Shown here: piece by piece, positions 38,101 to 44,823 of the stretch | Numbering within the stretch: the first letter of the stretch is position 1 | Layout of the letters: every line of letters starts with the position of its first letter | IMG/VR virus record: IMGVR_UViG_3300022918_000001 | Coordinates: 1-64,000 of that record | Length of the DNA: 64,000 nucleotides | DNA from: a virus | Reading direction: 5' to 3' (one strand) | Notes under the pieces: generated by a model | What the model was told of the DNA's origin: nothing | What the model saw: only the letters and a program-made list of their open reading frames with translations | Databases searched by the model: none | Translations under genes and position numbers: made by a program

Positions 38101-38924
38101 GCGCTGCTACTTTAGTTGGGGCAACTTTAAATATCCCTACCCCATCTGCTGGAGGTTCAGGAACGGTTACTTCTTTTGGTAAGGTTGATGGCGTGGGTAT
38201 TACTTCAAGCGTAGCTACATCCACAACGACACCCGTACATACGATAGCGGTTGATACAACAGTTATAGCTAGTAAAGTTGCTTTATCAAATGGATTAGCT
38301 TCAAAAGCTCCGGCAAGTGGTAGCACAAATTATATACGTAATCAAACAGGGTCTTCACAGACTGCTAATTTTGATATTACTGGTAATGGCTATATAAGGA
38401 CTAGCGGAACACCAACAGACTTTTCAGCTATACAGGGATCAACTATAACCACTACTAATGGCACAAATGCTACTGCTTTATCGCCTAATCAATTGGCTTT
38501 TTACAAGGGTAGTTTTCAGGGGTCTTTAAATGGATTGCTTATTACTACTGCAAGAAATTGGAGTTTACCTGATGCTACGGGAACCATTGCGTTAACAAGT
38601 GATTTAACACAAGTAGTCGAGATTACAGGAACAAGTCAGGCAGCAAACGCTAACACTATTTATATTCCACATAATGCGGCTTTAACAACTATAACCGCAC
38701 CAAGTGCTACAACGGTAGGTTCATTAGTTCAGGTAGTCGGAGAAGGGGCAGGAGGATGGCGTATAAACTTTCCTGCCGGATATACAGCTAAAGGAGTTGG
38801 TGTCACTACATCGGCGGGAGGTAGCATTTCGAGTACAGATAGGTATTGTACGATAACACTTAGGCTTGTTGCCGCAAATACTTTTGTAATTACGTCCTCA
38901 CAAGGTACTTTATCACCTTTATAA
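35097..38924 (+). CDS. tail fibre/spike-like protein with N-terminal SGNH/GDSL esterase domain
   Basis: All four SGNH blocks occur in order: VYVGDSIS (I), YGLSGRF (II), EPMVNDV (III), GPDSLHAT (V), about nt 35379-35981. The remainder is long, T/S/G/A-rich and beta-type, with three KQN(L/T)(V/L)TLTTTG(S/T)GAAT...LNIPT repeats. The N-terminus MKRLKLLLILMAMSLGAMSQG looks like a signal peptide. Confidence 0.7.
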   Translation: MKRLKLLLILMAMSLGAMSQGTTPPATQQAITPSWFRVNATDSNFYGRVGTNTWYRFPTWEKSNATFPKKTDINLQYVTDRGFKTTNPIYSTSKVYVGDSISNRYLVGYGTSFTEGFNMGSKYLGYLYKAADYWGAIPVDYGLSGRFAQQSPSGLPDSSFYYNRDKIPYSPNTNSILIAEPMVNDVINANTTFYNVNDFVNTMDSWLDTAITKRNWNPSRIVLYNPFYFNRNSEVRHAEYTNALDSIASSRGLKYLDTYDRMKLKQYSVGGYLGPDSLHATALGCDSAAMWLADFLSESFNKSSSSLVSTNSLIFGDQTLSGNSFVGKDFKVLRSFNQQGPLFEASGRFQIKNELILGANANFPGLNATSGSIKTGIIKGYGYNNQWTAGGLSTINILEYQANSTQNILNYGRVVPSTSTGGLTDHVWYTSPDPNSITTTRRMALYKDGGLQIGGTSTSQASGVFLRVGGLSLFDQKIQRSGNFTGPASGFNGAFMRFQSSTYTDSSSVAGTQIATATGVTFERSTFNTSNVVPGLTNAYSVYILGAPFAGANLTGGISNSYAFGVGQGYSHFNGGVSFGSASSAASLDRTRIKILGGTTAISPLEFTSGTLTTTPVAGSFEFLTDNPYFTISTGTARKEFTLNDATLNVGIVPITTTKGRLTNSAITSTQLGYLSGVTSAIQTQIDGKAATSSVALKQNLVTLTTTGSGAATFNQSTGALNIPTSSAAGTVTSITPGTGFTSATPITSSGTLNVDTAGVIAGKPFVNNALSLKAGLSGNTFSSTQKVSTAAGTSTILSGFTAENTTLGSNSLSVNLLNRSSAGGINGLRFYAPRVGGNPDGLLWQETLDGSSYTNFFKVKFNDLNIYNTSGNTATFRMPEAQASAVLTVPATGGVIATENIVNAKQNLVTLTTTGSGAATFTQSTGSLNIPTPISETFQTVTSRGNSTTLGLVIGGGVSIGGQTTIVGTPVNPNHAIRKRELDSVALLKQNTLTLTTTGTGAATLVGATLNIPTPSAGGSGTVTSFGKVDGVGITSSVATSTTTPVHTIAVDTTVIASKVALSNGLASKAPASGSTNYIRNQTGSSQTANFDITGNGYIRTSGTPTDFSAIQGSTITTTNGTNATALSPNQLAFYKGSFQGSLNGLLITTARNWSLPDATGTIALTSDLTQVVEITGTSQAANANTIYIPHNAALTTITAPSATTVGSLVQVVGEGAGGWRINFPAGYTAKGVGVTTSAGGSISSTDRYCTITLRLVAANTFVITSSQGTLSPL
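37188..38141 (+). repeat. three copies of a 26-28-aa fibre repeat
   Basis: Copies at 37188-37271, 37812-37895 and 38064-38141 encode KQNLVTLTTTGSGAATFNQSTGALNIPT, KQNLVTLTTTGSGAATFTQSTGSLNIPT and KQNTLTLTTTGTGAATLVGATLNIPT. Confidence 0.85.
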
Positions 38925-38933
38925 AAATCAATC

Positions 38934-39512
38934 ATGAAAAAACTATTATTCCTATTGTTGCTTTCGACTTCGGTATATGCACAGAGCATAACAAAGCCAT
39001 TATTAACCCCTGTAGGGTCAGTAAAATCTTTCTCTCCTAATATTACCCTGTTAAACAATACAGGTGACGAGACTAGCTTATTAGGGTCGGTTAAGGATAC
39101 TATAAAGCCTAATACTCTTGTGCCGTACCGTCCATATAGATTTGAAATGGCTTGTATTGTAACTACTCCTGCACTTTCCCTTCCGAACTTAGCTCTTAAA
39201 GTAAGGTTGGGGAGTAATATTGTGGCAATGGTAAATGCTACAGGTGTCACAGCAGGGCTTACAAATGCAGGTATTAGGATTAGAGGCACTATATTAGCTA
39301 CAGGGATATCTACTCAAGTTGTTCTTACTGATATAATACAGCCTAACGGGACGATATTAAACCTCACGAATGCCAATGGAACATTCTATTCTTCTCTGAC
39401 TACTGACATGACTCAAGCTCAAGCCTTGGATATTACAGCTCAATGGAGTGGACTTATTGTGTTGGGCACAGCTTCAATTAGGTCAATATTCTACTATAGA
39501 CCCGATTTTTAG
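38934..39512 (+). CDS. hypothetical protein with signal-peptide-like N-terminus
   Basis: MKKLLFLLLLSTSVYAQS followed by a T/N/L-rich beta-type sequence. Immediately downstream of the fibre gene. Confidence 0.55.
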   Translation: MKKLLFLLLLSTSVYAQSITKPLLTPVGSVKSFSPNITLLNNTGDETSLLGSVKDTIKPNTLVPYRPYRFEMACIVTTPALSLPNLALKVRLGSNIVAMVNATGVTAGLTNAGIRIRGTILATGISTQVVLTDIIQPNGTILNLTNANGTFYSSLTTDMTQAQALDITAQWSGLIVLGTASIRSIFYYRPDF

Positions 39513-39517
39513 CTATT

Positions 39518-40078
39518 ATGCCGCGGACTTCTGGTTTTTATGATTACTTTTACAATATGGGAGAAACAAGAATAATAAGCCTTGATGGGGTAAAGGGTAA
39601 CTATAAAAAACATGGGTGCGCGGTTAATAATAAAAAAACGACGGAGTATGTAATTTGGTCAGGCATGAAGTATAGATGTCATAATTCAAATGATAAGTCA
39701 TATTTTAAGTACGGTGCTAGAGGTATAAAAGTTTGTCAAAGATGGTTAGATCGATTCGAAAATTTCATAGAAGATATGGGATATAGGCCTTCAAAACAAC
39801 ATTCGATTGATAGAATAGATAATAATGGAAATTATACACCTGAAAATTGCAGATGGGCTACCATAAAAGAGCAAAATAATAACATGAAAAATACGCGCTT
39901 TGTTACTTATTTAAGTAAGACTCAACCATTGGGTATATGGTGTGACGAATTAAATCTAAACTACAATTTAGTTAATGCTAGGTTGTTCAAAAATTGGACA
40001 ATAGAGGAAGCTTTCAAAATACCTAATGGTGTTACAAGAAAAACATGGAATAAAAAAAATGTTAACTCTTTAATTTAA
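39518..40078 (+). CDS. homing-endonuclease-like (HNH-family) protein
   Basis: YVIWSGMKYRCHNSNDKSYFKYGARGIKVCQRWLDRFENFIEDMGYRP...SIDRIDNNGNYTPENCRWATIKEQNNN matches a widespread phage family usually annotated as HNH endonuclease. Confidence 0.5.
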   Translation: MPRTSGFYDYFYNMGETRIISLDGVKGNYKKHGCAVNNKKTTEYVIWSGMKYRCHNSNDKSYFKYGARGIKVCQRWLDRFENFIEDMGYRPSKQHSIDRIDNNGNYTPENCRWATIKEQNNNMKNTRFVTYLSKTQPLGIWCDELNLNYNLVNARLFKNWTIEEAFKIPNGVTRKTWNKKNVNSLI

Positions 40079-40084
40079 ATAATC

Positions 40085-40426
40085 ATGCCTTTTACAGAAC
40101 CAACTACCCTTACAATTAATGTTACTCTTGCTGATATTGCAGCATCGACTACAGCAAGTAACATGACGAACAGTTTAGCTATTGCTATGAAACGCTTAGG
40201 TGATAATTTTCAATTGCCCGGACAAGTTACGGGAGAAACTATCCCCGGCACGTATTATGCTGAACTGAATCCTAGATTTAATAATGGAACTCCTGTATCT
40301 ATTTATGATGCTTTTTGCTTTAGTATTGTTTATTCAGTGGATTATGAGTCCGGTGTTAAATTGTTGCTAGAAAGCGTTGGAGTTAAGCCCTCTGTTGCCT
40401 ATACAGCGACATTGGTAAAAGCGTAA
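40085..40426 (+). CDS. hypothetical protein
   Basis: 113-aa ORF. A terminator follows at 40444-40475. Confidence 0.55.
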   Translation: MPFTEPTTLTINVTLADIAASTTASNMTNSLAIAMKRLGDNFQLPGQVTGETIPGTYYAELNPRFNNGTPVSIYDAFCFSIVYSVDYESGVKLLLESVGVKPSVAYTATLVKA

Positions 40427-40443
40427 TCCTCTATCTATTGTTT

Positions 40444-40475
40444 AGCCTCACAGCGTAAGTTGTGAGGCTTTTTTG
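40444..40475 (+). terminator. intrinsic terminator after the fibre module
   Basis: AGCCTCACA / TGTGAGGCT form a 9-bp perfect stem with an 8-nt loop, followed by TTTTTTG. Confidence 0.85.
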
Positions 40476-40527
40476 TGTAGACGGTTTATTGTTTCTATTT
40501 TTACTGAATAATTAAAACCCAAATAAA

Positions 40528-40671
40528 ATGCAAAAAATCCTAACACAAGAAGATTTAGACAACAACCCAATCCTGCAAGGATGTTCAGTTGGAGATGAAT
40601 TAACCGTTGTATCGGGTGGTGCTGCCACACAAGGTGACCATCCTGTAAAAAATCCACCCGTAATTCCTTAG
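40528..40671 (+). CDS. hypothetical small protein (47 aa)
   Basis: Hand-translated MQKILTQEDLDNNPILQGCSVGDELTVVSGGAATQGDHPVKNPPVIP. Ends 1 nt before the next ATG. Preferred over the antisense track ORF 40448..40657. Confidence 0.4.
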   Translation: MQKILTQEDLDNNPILQGCSVGDELTVVSGGAATQGDHPVKNPPVIP

Positions 40672-40672
40672 C

Positions 40673-41041
40673 ATGTTTAAGAGATTCAGTTGGATCATAG
40701 CAAGCCTTGCTCTGTATTTTGCAGGGCTTGCTTTCTATATGCTTAGGGGAGATGATAACGATAGTTTTTGGGTGGGTATATTCTATTGTCTCAATGCGTA
40801 TTTGGTTTGCTTAGGTTTAGCGTTCAACTTTAAAAAGAAAAAGACTCACAATGAGATGTCAGTAATTGCTTTTGTTTTGGCATTTAGGTTACTGCTTCTT
40901 GTTTACTATATAATCAGTGATTTTATTTTACATGGGGATGTTTGGATGAACGCTTCAATTCGATTTTGGTGTATGATGGGTATTGCAGGATTTATTGGCA
41001 TGGTTTATAACAATAAGAAAGTCTATGGAACAGAACATTAA
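40673..41041 (+). CDS. integral membrane protein (about 4 TM segments)
   Basis: Hydrophobic stretches WIIASLALYFAGLAFYML, VGIFYCLNAYLVCLGLAF, VIAFVLAFRLLLLVYYII and FWCMMGIAGFIGMV. Confidence 0.6.
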   Translation: MFKRFSWIIASLALYFAGLAFYMLRGDDNDSFWVGIFYCLNAYLVCLGLAFNFKKKKTHNEMSVIAFVLAFRLLLLVYYIISDFILHGDVWMNASIRFWCMMGIAGFIGMVYNNKKVYGTEH

Positions 41042-41582
41042 TTACATCAAACCCGCTATATACAGTTTAATGATAGGACTTGCTTTTGCGAGCTTCTCAC
41101 AGTCTTGTTCAACGACACGGGCTAGTATATCAAAACTAATAATAACTCCCGTAGATCCTGTTAAAATGGCTTATTCGGAGCATAAGATGGAGTTTAATAC
41201 AGGACATGCTTTAAATCCTGCTAATCCTTTGATTATTGACTCTGGATTATTGAGGGGATCAGCATTGGTGAAGTCGGATACAGTAAATTACAATAAGTTG
41301 ATTTTGGACAATCAGCAGATTAGTTTGCTTAATGAGAAGAAGATACTTGATTTGCTATTGACGAAGGAGAAGGAGAACAAGAGGCTCAAGAATGAGAATA
41401 TAGATTTATCTAAAAAGAGTAAGATTAGTGAGGATGTAAAGAATGATGCTGTAAGTATGCAAGCCATATGGGATATGGGCTATAAGGTATTGACAGTAGG
41501 ATGTGGGATTATAGTTATATTGCTTGTGCAGGTATTGACTATGATTTTTATATTCAGAAAAAGGAACAAAATAAGCTCTTAA
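41025..41582 (+). CDS. lipoprotein-signal plus C-terminal TM protein (unimolecular spanin candidate)
   Basis: From ATG 41025: MEQNINYIKPAIYSLMIGLAFASFSQSC (lipobox-like Cys28). A coiled-coil-like LLNEKKILDLLLTKEKENKRLKNENIDL follows. C-terminal TM VLTVGCGIIVILLVQVLTMIFIF, then RKRNK. Confidence 0.5.
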   Translation: MEQNINYIKPAIYSLMIGLAFASFSQSCSTTRASISKLIITPVDPVKMAYSEHKMEFNTGHALNPANPLIIDSGLLRGSALVKSDTVNYNKLILDNQQISLLNEKKILDLLLTKEKENKRLKNENIDLSKKSKISEDVKNDAVSMQAIWDMGYKVLTVGCGIIVILLVQVLTMIFIFRKRNKISS

Positions 41583-41595
41583 CCTAAGTAATGAG

Positions 41596-41889
41596 ATGGA
41601 AGAAAACAATAAAACTAAAAAGTCACCTGTAACATTCAGGGAAGTCATCTCTGATTGGGGGGTAGGCTGCTTCTTTGGGTTTTATATTGCTTATACTATT
41701 TTGGGGAGAGATGTTGTCAAGGCAGATTTGATTGATGCTTTCGGGGTTAGATTTTTCGCTGTTACAAAAGGTGGCGTATTACTTGCTTCTATTGGTTCAA
41801 CAATTATTGGGGGTTATAGATTATTTAAGATATTCCTTCGGTTAAAGAAGACAATTAAGATTGTTGATATTTCAAACGATGAAAAATAA
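41596..41889 (+). CDS. small membrane protein (2 TM)
   Basis: WGVGCFFGFYIAYTIL and GGVLLASIGSTIIGGY hydrophobic segments, with a basic C-terminus. Confidence 0.55.
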   Translation: MEENNKTKKSPVTFREVISDWGVGCFFGFYIAYTILGRDVVKADLIDAFGVRFFAVTKGGVLLASIGSTIIGGYRLFKIFLRLKKTIKIVDISNDEK

Positions 41890-41893
41890 GTAA

Positions 41894-42250
41894 GTGATGA
41901 ATGAATATGTGAATGTACTTGGTAGAATGACGTTGATTATTGATGTGCTAGTTCTTATTGCGGCAGTGTATTGTGTATACCACAATGTGTTGTATCTGAT
42001 TAAGTATGAGTATAGTATTAAGGACGTTCAGTTTAGAGTTATTGTGTTGTGTATGGGATTTGCTTATTCATTAGCGAACTATCAGGCATTTAAAAGGCAT
42101 TTGGATACGTTTATATTTAACCCGATATTGAAGCTGACGGAAGAGTCTGTTGACAGTTTGTTGTCTGACAGGGGATATATGTTGTTTACGGGTGTATTTA
42201 TGGTTTTACTAACGATAAATTGGAAGCCTACGTGGTTTCATAAGGAATAA
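41894..42250 (+). CDS. small membrane protein (about 3 TM)
   Basis: GTG 41894 or ATG 41897 start. Hydrophobic segments MTLIIDVLVLIAAVYCVY, VIVLCMGFAYSLANY and MLFTGVFMVLLTI. A terminator follows at 42281-42317. Confidence 0.55.
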   Translation: MMNEYVNVLGRMTLIIDVLVLIAAVYCVYHNVLYLIKYEYSIKDVQFRVIVLCMGFAYSLANYQAFKRHLDTFIFNPILKLTEESVDSLLSDRGYMLFTGVFMVLLTINWKPTWFHKE

Positions 42251-42280
42251 AAGATACGTGTGAGAGCGTTTAGTTTAGTA

Positions 42281-42317
42281 AAGGATGTTGCCGGATGGTG
42301 CATCCTTTTTTGTTTTT
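42281..42317 (+). terminator. intrinsic terminator after the membrane-protein cluster
   Basis: AAGGATG / CATCCTT stem with a CC/GG inner extension, followed by TTTTTTGTTTTT. Confidence 0.7.
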
Positions 42318-42339
42318 ATGCAAATTGATTGATAGTCAT

Positions 42340-42347
42340 TACCTTTG
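42340..42347 (+). promoter_or_regulatory. -7 box TACCTTTG (endolysin operon)
   Basis: Follows terminator 42281-42317, 16 nt before ATG 42364. The 11-mer TACCTTTGAAT is identical to the one at 17530-17540. Confidence 0.5.
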
Positions 42348-42363
42348 AATAAACAAAGATATT

Positions 42364-43092
42364 ATGAAGGTTATAAGAATAATTAGAACTGCTGCTGATA
42401 TATTCATGCCGCAGGGAATGACACGTAAGATTTCTTGGTGCGTATGTCATTGTACGGCAGCTCCACAGAATCAAAGTACACAAGAAATGTTCAACTATTG
42501 GAAAAATCATAATGGATGGAAAACGGCCGGATACCACTTTGATATTTTAGCTGACGGAACAATAGAACAGTTTGTAGAGATTGACCAAATTGCTAATGGT
42601 GTTGCGGGATATAATACAAATGCTATCCACTTTTGCTACAAAGGCGGTATAGATTCAAAAGGAAACGCTATAGACAACCGCACAGAGGCTCAAAAGAAGT
42701 CACAGCTACTTATTATTAAGCGACTAAAAGAACTGTTCCCTAACGCTGTATTTTTAGGTCATAGGGACTTCTCTACGGATACTAATGGTAATGGTATTAT
42801 TGATAAGTGGGAATGGATTAAGAGTTGTCCGGCATTTGACTTTAGGGACTGGCTTTCTAAACAAGGACTGGATAAGGTTGTTGTTCCAATGAAGATTGTG
42901 TACAAGTTAAACTATCCGTTGATTAAGAATGACACTGTTAAAGCGATTCAGAAGGCTTTAAAGATTAAAGTGGACGGATACTATGGTTCGGATACAGATA
43001 AGGCTGTGAAGGACTTCCAAGCAAGGAATAGACTTACTGTAGATGGTGTGGTAGGCAAGAAGACAGCAGAATTATTAGGTGTAACAATTTAA
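42364..43092 (+). CDS. endolysin: N-acetylmuramoyl-L-alanine amidase (Amidase_2/PGRP) with PG_binding_1 domain
   Basis: CHCTAAPQ..., GYHFDILADGTIEQ, NAIHFCYKGG, GHRDF and CPAFD are amidase_2 zinc/active-site blocks. The C-terminal VKAIQKALKIKVDGYYGSDTDKAVKDFQARNRLTVDGVVGKKTAELLG is a peptidoglycan-binding repeat. Confidence 0.9.
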   Translation: MKVIRIIRTAADIFMPQGMTRKISWCVCHCTAAPQNQSTQEMFNYWKNHNGWKTAGYHFDILADGTIEQFVEIDQIANGVAGYNTNAIHFCYKGGIDSKGNAIDNRTEAQKKSQLLIIKRLKELFPNAVFLGHRDFSTDTNGNGIIDKWEWIKSCPAFDFRDWLSKQGLDKVVVPMKIVYKLNYPLIKNDTVKAIQKALKIKVDGYYGSDTDKAVKDFQARNRLTVDGVVGKKTAELLGVTI

Positions 43093-43103
43093 AAACAAAT
43101 ATT

Positions 43104-43391
43104 ATGGCAACAAAAGTAATTGCAAGTAAGAAGTTCACACTTCAATTGAGGGATTTACTAAGGGGAGGTATCATGGCGGCATTGACTGCGGCATTAGTAG
43201 TGATACAGAAAGTAATAGAAACAGGAGAGATGTCTTTTAACTGGAAGCAGGTAGCTATGGCTGCTATTGGAGGTGGAGTAGGTTATCTGTTAAAGAACTG
43301 GCTTATCGAACCTGCAAAAATTATTACAACGGTTTCAGGTAATGATGCTAAGGTAGATGTGGTTGAAGCTAATATTAAGGAGGCTGTGTAA
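43104..43391 (+). CDS. holin-like small membrane protein (2 TM)
   Basis: 95 aa, with GGIMAALTAALVVIQKV and VAMAAIGGGVGYLL. Immediately downstream of the endolysin. Confidence 0.5.
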   Translation: MATKVIASKKFTLQLRDLLRGGIMAALTAALVVIQKVIETGEMSFNWKQVAMAAIGGGVGYLLKNWLIEPAKIITTVSGNDAKVDVVEANIKEAV

Positions 43392-43510
43392 TGGTATTCG
43401 AAGATTATGATGAAGACAGCAAGGATGATATAAAATGTCCTGTATGGAAGATGATAGGAGCATATGTACTATTTATTGTGTTACTTTTGGCTATTGTATT
43501 AAGCATTTAA
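43391..43510 (+). CDS. tail-anchored micro-protein (39 aa)
   Basis: Hand-translated MVFEDYDEDSKDDIKCPVWKMIGAYVLFIVLLLAIVLSI. TAATG overlap with the upstream gene. Acidic N-terminus and a single C-terminal TM. Confidence 0.4.
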   Translation: MVFEDYDEDSKDDIKCPVWKMIGAYVLFIVLLLAIVLSI

Positions 43511-43514
43511 GATT

Positions 43515-43952
43515 ATGAGTTTTATAAGTAAGTTTTTCTCCTTTATAAAAGGATTGATTTCAAAAGTATCTCCCGAAGTTAAGTCTGTGGTTGAGATTGG
43601 TATTAAGTTGGTGGAGAATATCAAGAAGTATTCTGACAGTGGAGTGGTTGATGTGCTTACGGCAATTATTCCGGGGGATGTGGATGATAAGATTGTTGCT
43701 ACGATACGATTGTATCTCCCTAAGCTATTGGCTTCATTACAGGGGCTAGAAGAGGCTTTGGATGATGAAAGCATGAAAGAGTACATTGAGCAGATTAACT
43801 CGCTTGAAGAGGACGCTAAGGCTATTCTAACGCATGGTATTGCTAGTGCTGTGAATAGGGCTATTTCAGATGACCTTGGAAGTATGGGTCAGGCATTCAT
43901 TACTACGGAAGTAGTGTTTAAGAGTGAGAGTAAAGAGGTTAAATCTTTGTAG
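43515..43952 (+). CDS. hypothetical protein
   Basis: 145-aa ORF, the last gene of the + block. A terminator follows at 43972-44006. Confidence 0.55.
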   Translation: MSFISKFFSFIKGLISKVSPEVKSVVEIGIKLVENIKKYSDSGVVDVLTAIIPGDVDDKIVATIRLYLPKLLASLQGLEEALDDESMKEYIEQINSLEEDAKAILTHGIASAVNRAISDDLGSMGQAFITTEVVFKSESKEVKSL

Positions 43953-43971
43953 TTTTGTTTTTCTAATAGGT

Positions 43972-44006
43972 AGCCCTGCCGGATTAAGTTCTAGCAGGGC
44001 TTTTTT
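43972..44006 (+). terminator. intrinsic terminator at the convergence point of the two gene blocks
   Basis: AGCCCTGC / GCAGGGCT form an 8-bp stem, followed by TTTTTT. A T-run exists only for the + strand reading direction. Confidence 0.75.
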
Positions 44007-44013
44007 GTAGGGT

Positions 44014-44364
44014 TTACTTTAGTAGTTTGTCAAAATTAACGCTGTCTGCACCCATTATCAGTTTTGTGTATCTAACAACGCTGTCTTGATATCTGTTCAA
44101 CTCTTTCTGTGTTGTGGCGTTGTCTCTCTTCCGTACATATTTCATTTTAACATCAAAGTATTTTAACATTTTCTCTATATATATTCGATGTTTTTTTGAA
44201 TCTTCAACTAACATTGAATCAAATTCTAAATTGGAATATTTAGCTCGATTTACTTCAATTTTATTTGAGTTAAACGTGTCTTGAATCATCGATATTATAC
44301 CTAACATAGCCCACATTGATGTAAAGAATATTATTATTGGTATATAAAAATATTTATTTCTCAT
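44014..44364 (-). CDS. hypothetical N-terminally membrane-anchored protein
   Basis: MRNKYFYIPIIIFFTSMWAMLGIISMI TM segment. Last gene of the - block. Confidence 0.55.
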   Translation of the reverse strand: MRNKYFYIPIIIFFTSMWAMLGIISMIQDTFNSNKIEVNRAKYSNLEFDSMLVEDSKKHRIYIEKMLKYFDVKMKYVRKRDNATTQKELNRYQDSVVRYTKLIMGADSVNFDKLLK

Positions 44365-44623
44365 ATTTCTGGTATTTAGCTATTCTACCTCTTAACACTT
44401 TCATATCCTCCTTCAAATCATCATTGTACAATCTGGCTTCTTTTAGCTCTCTCTCCAATCTTCTGATGATTATAGCACTATTCACTGCCGGACAGTATTT
44501 AAGTCCCTCATGGAAGAGATAAACGGCATCTAAGAAAGGGTTCTTATCAGGGTCATAGTCTGGTTTGTTGATGCCGATTAATCTTACGGTTTCGTAAACA
44601 TCTAAAATTGATTGGTCTTTCAT
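44354..44623 (-). CDS. hypothetical protein
   Basis: 89-aa ORF in a tight operon. Confidence 0.5.
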   Translation of the reverse strand: MKDQSILDVYETVRLIGINKPDYDPDKNPFLDAVYLFHEGLKYCPAVNSAIIIRRLERELKEARLYNDDLKEDMKVLRGRIAKYQKYEK

Positions 44624-44823
44624 TAGTCCTCCGCTTCTTCGTCATCCGGCAAAGCACTAAAGCATTCATCGCATAAAAATCCGTTTAGTATCTCAATGCA
44701 GTCGTTCATCTGTCCGCAGCATGAGCATCTTGTGTAGGTTAAATCCATTTGTCTTTTGTTTTTATATTCTGTGTAACTTCTTTCTGTTATCTCTATTCCT
44801 GACTCGCTAAAGTAGGTTCTCAC
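44623..44823 (-). CDS. zinc-ribbon protein
   Basis: CSCCGQMNDC...FLCDEC gives two CxxC-type pairs in 66 aa. Confidence 0.5.
   Translation of the reverse strand: MRTYFSESGIEITERSYTEYKNKRQMDLTYTRCSCCGQMNDCIEILNGFLCDECFSALPDDEEAED

Noticed and set aside
38729-39289. 186-aa antisense ORF across the fibre/38934 gene junction. Similar antisense or off-frame ORFs were considered too (13399-13791, 28430-28801, 28821-29246, 37148-37528, 38021-38326, 53573-53986, 55758-56102, 56854-57174, 58327-58725, 48149-48514).
   Set aside because: All lie opposite to, or out of frame with, longer ORFs that have motif or synteny support. They break the strict strand polarity of each block and have low-complexity compositions mirroring the sense-strand codons.
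40448-40657. 69-aa - strand ORF after the fibre-module terminator.
   Set aside because: It would be the only - strand gene in the 44-kb + block and it overlaps the terminator hairpin. A 47-aa + strand ORF (40528-40671) that abuts the next ATG explains the region better.
43972-44006. The hairpin at the convergence point as a bidirectional terminator.
   Set aside because: The stem is followed by a T-run only in the + direction. On the - strand the stem is followed by ACCTATTAG. I call it a + strand terminator only, and termination of the - block remains unexplained.
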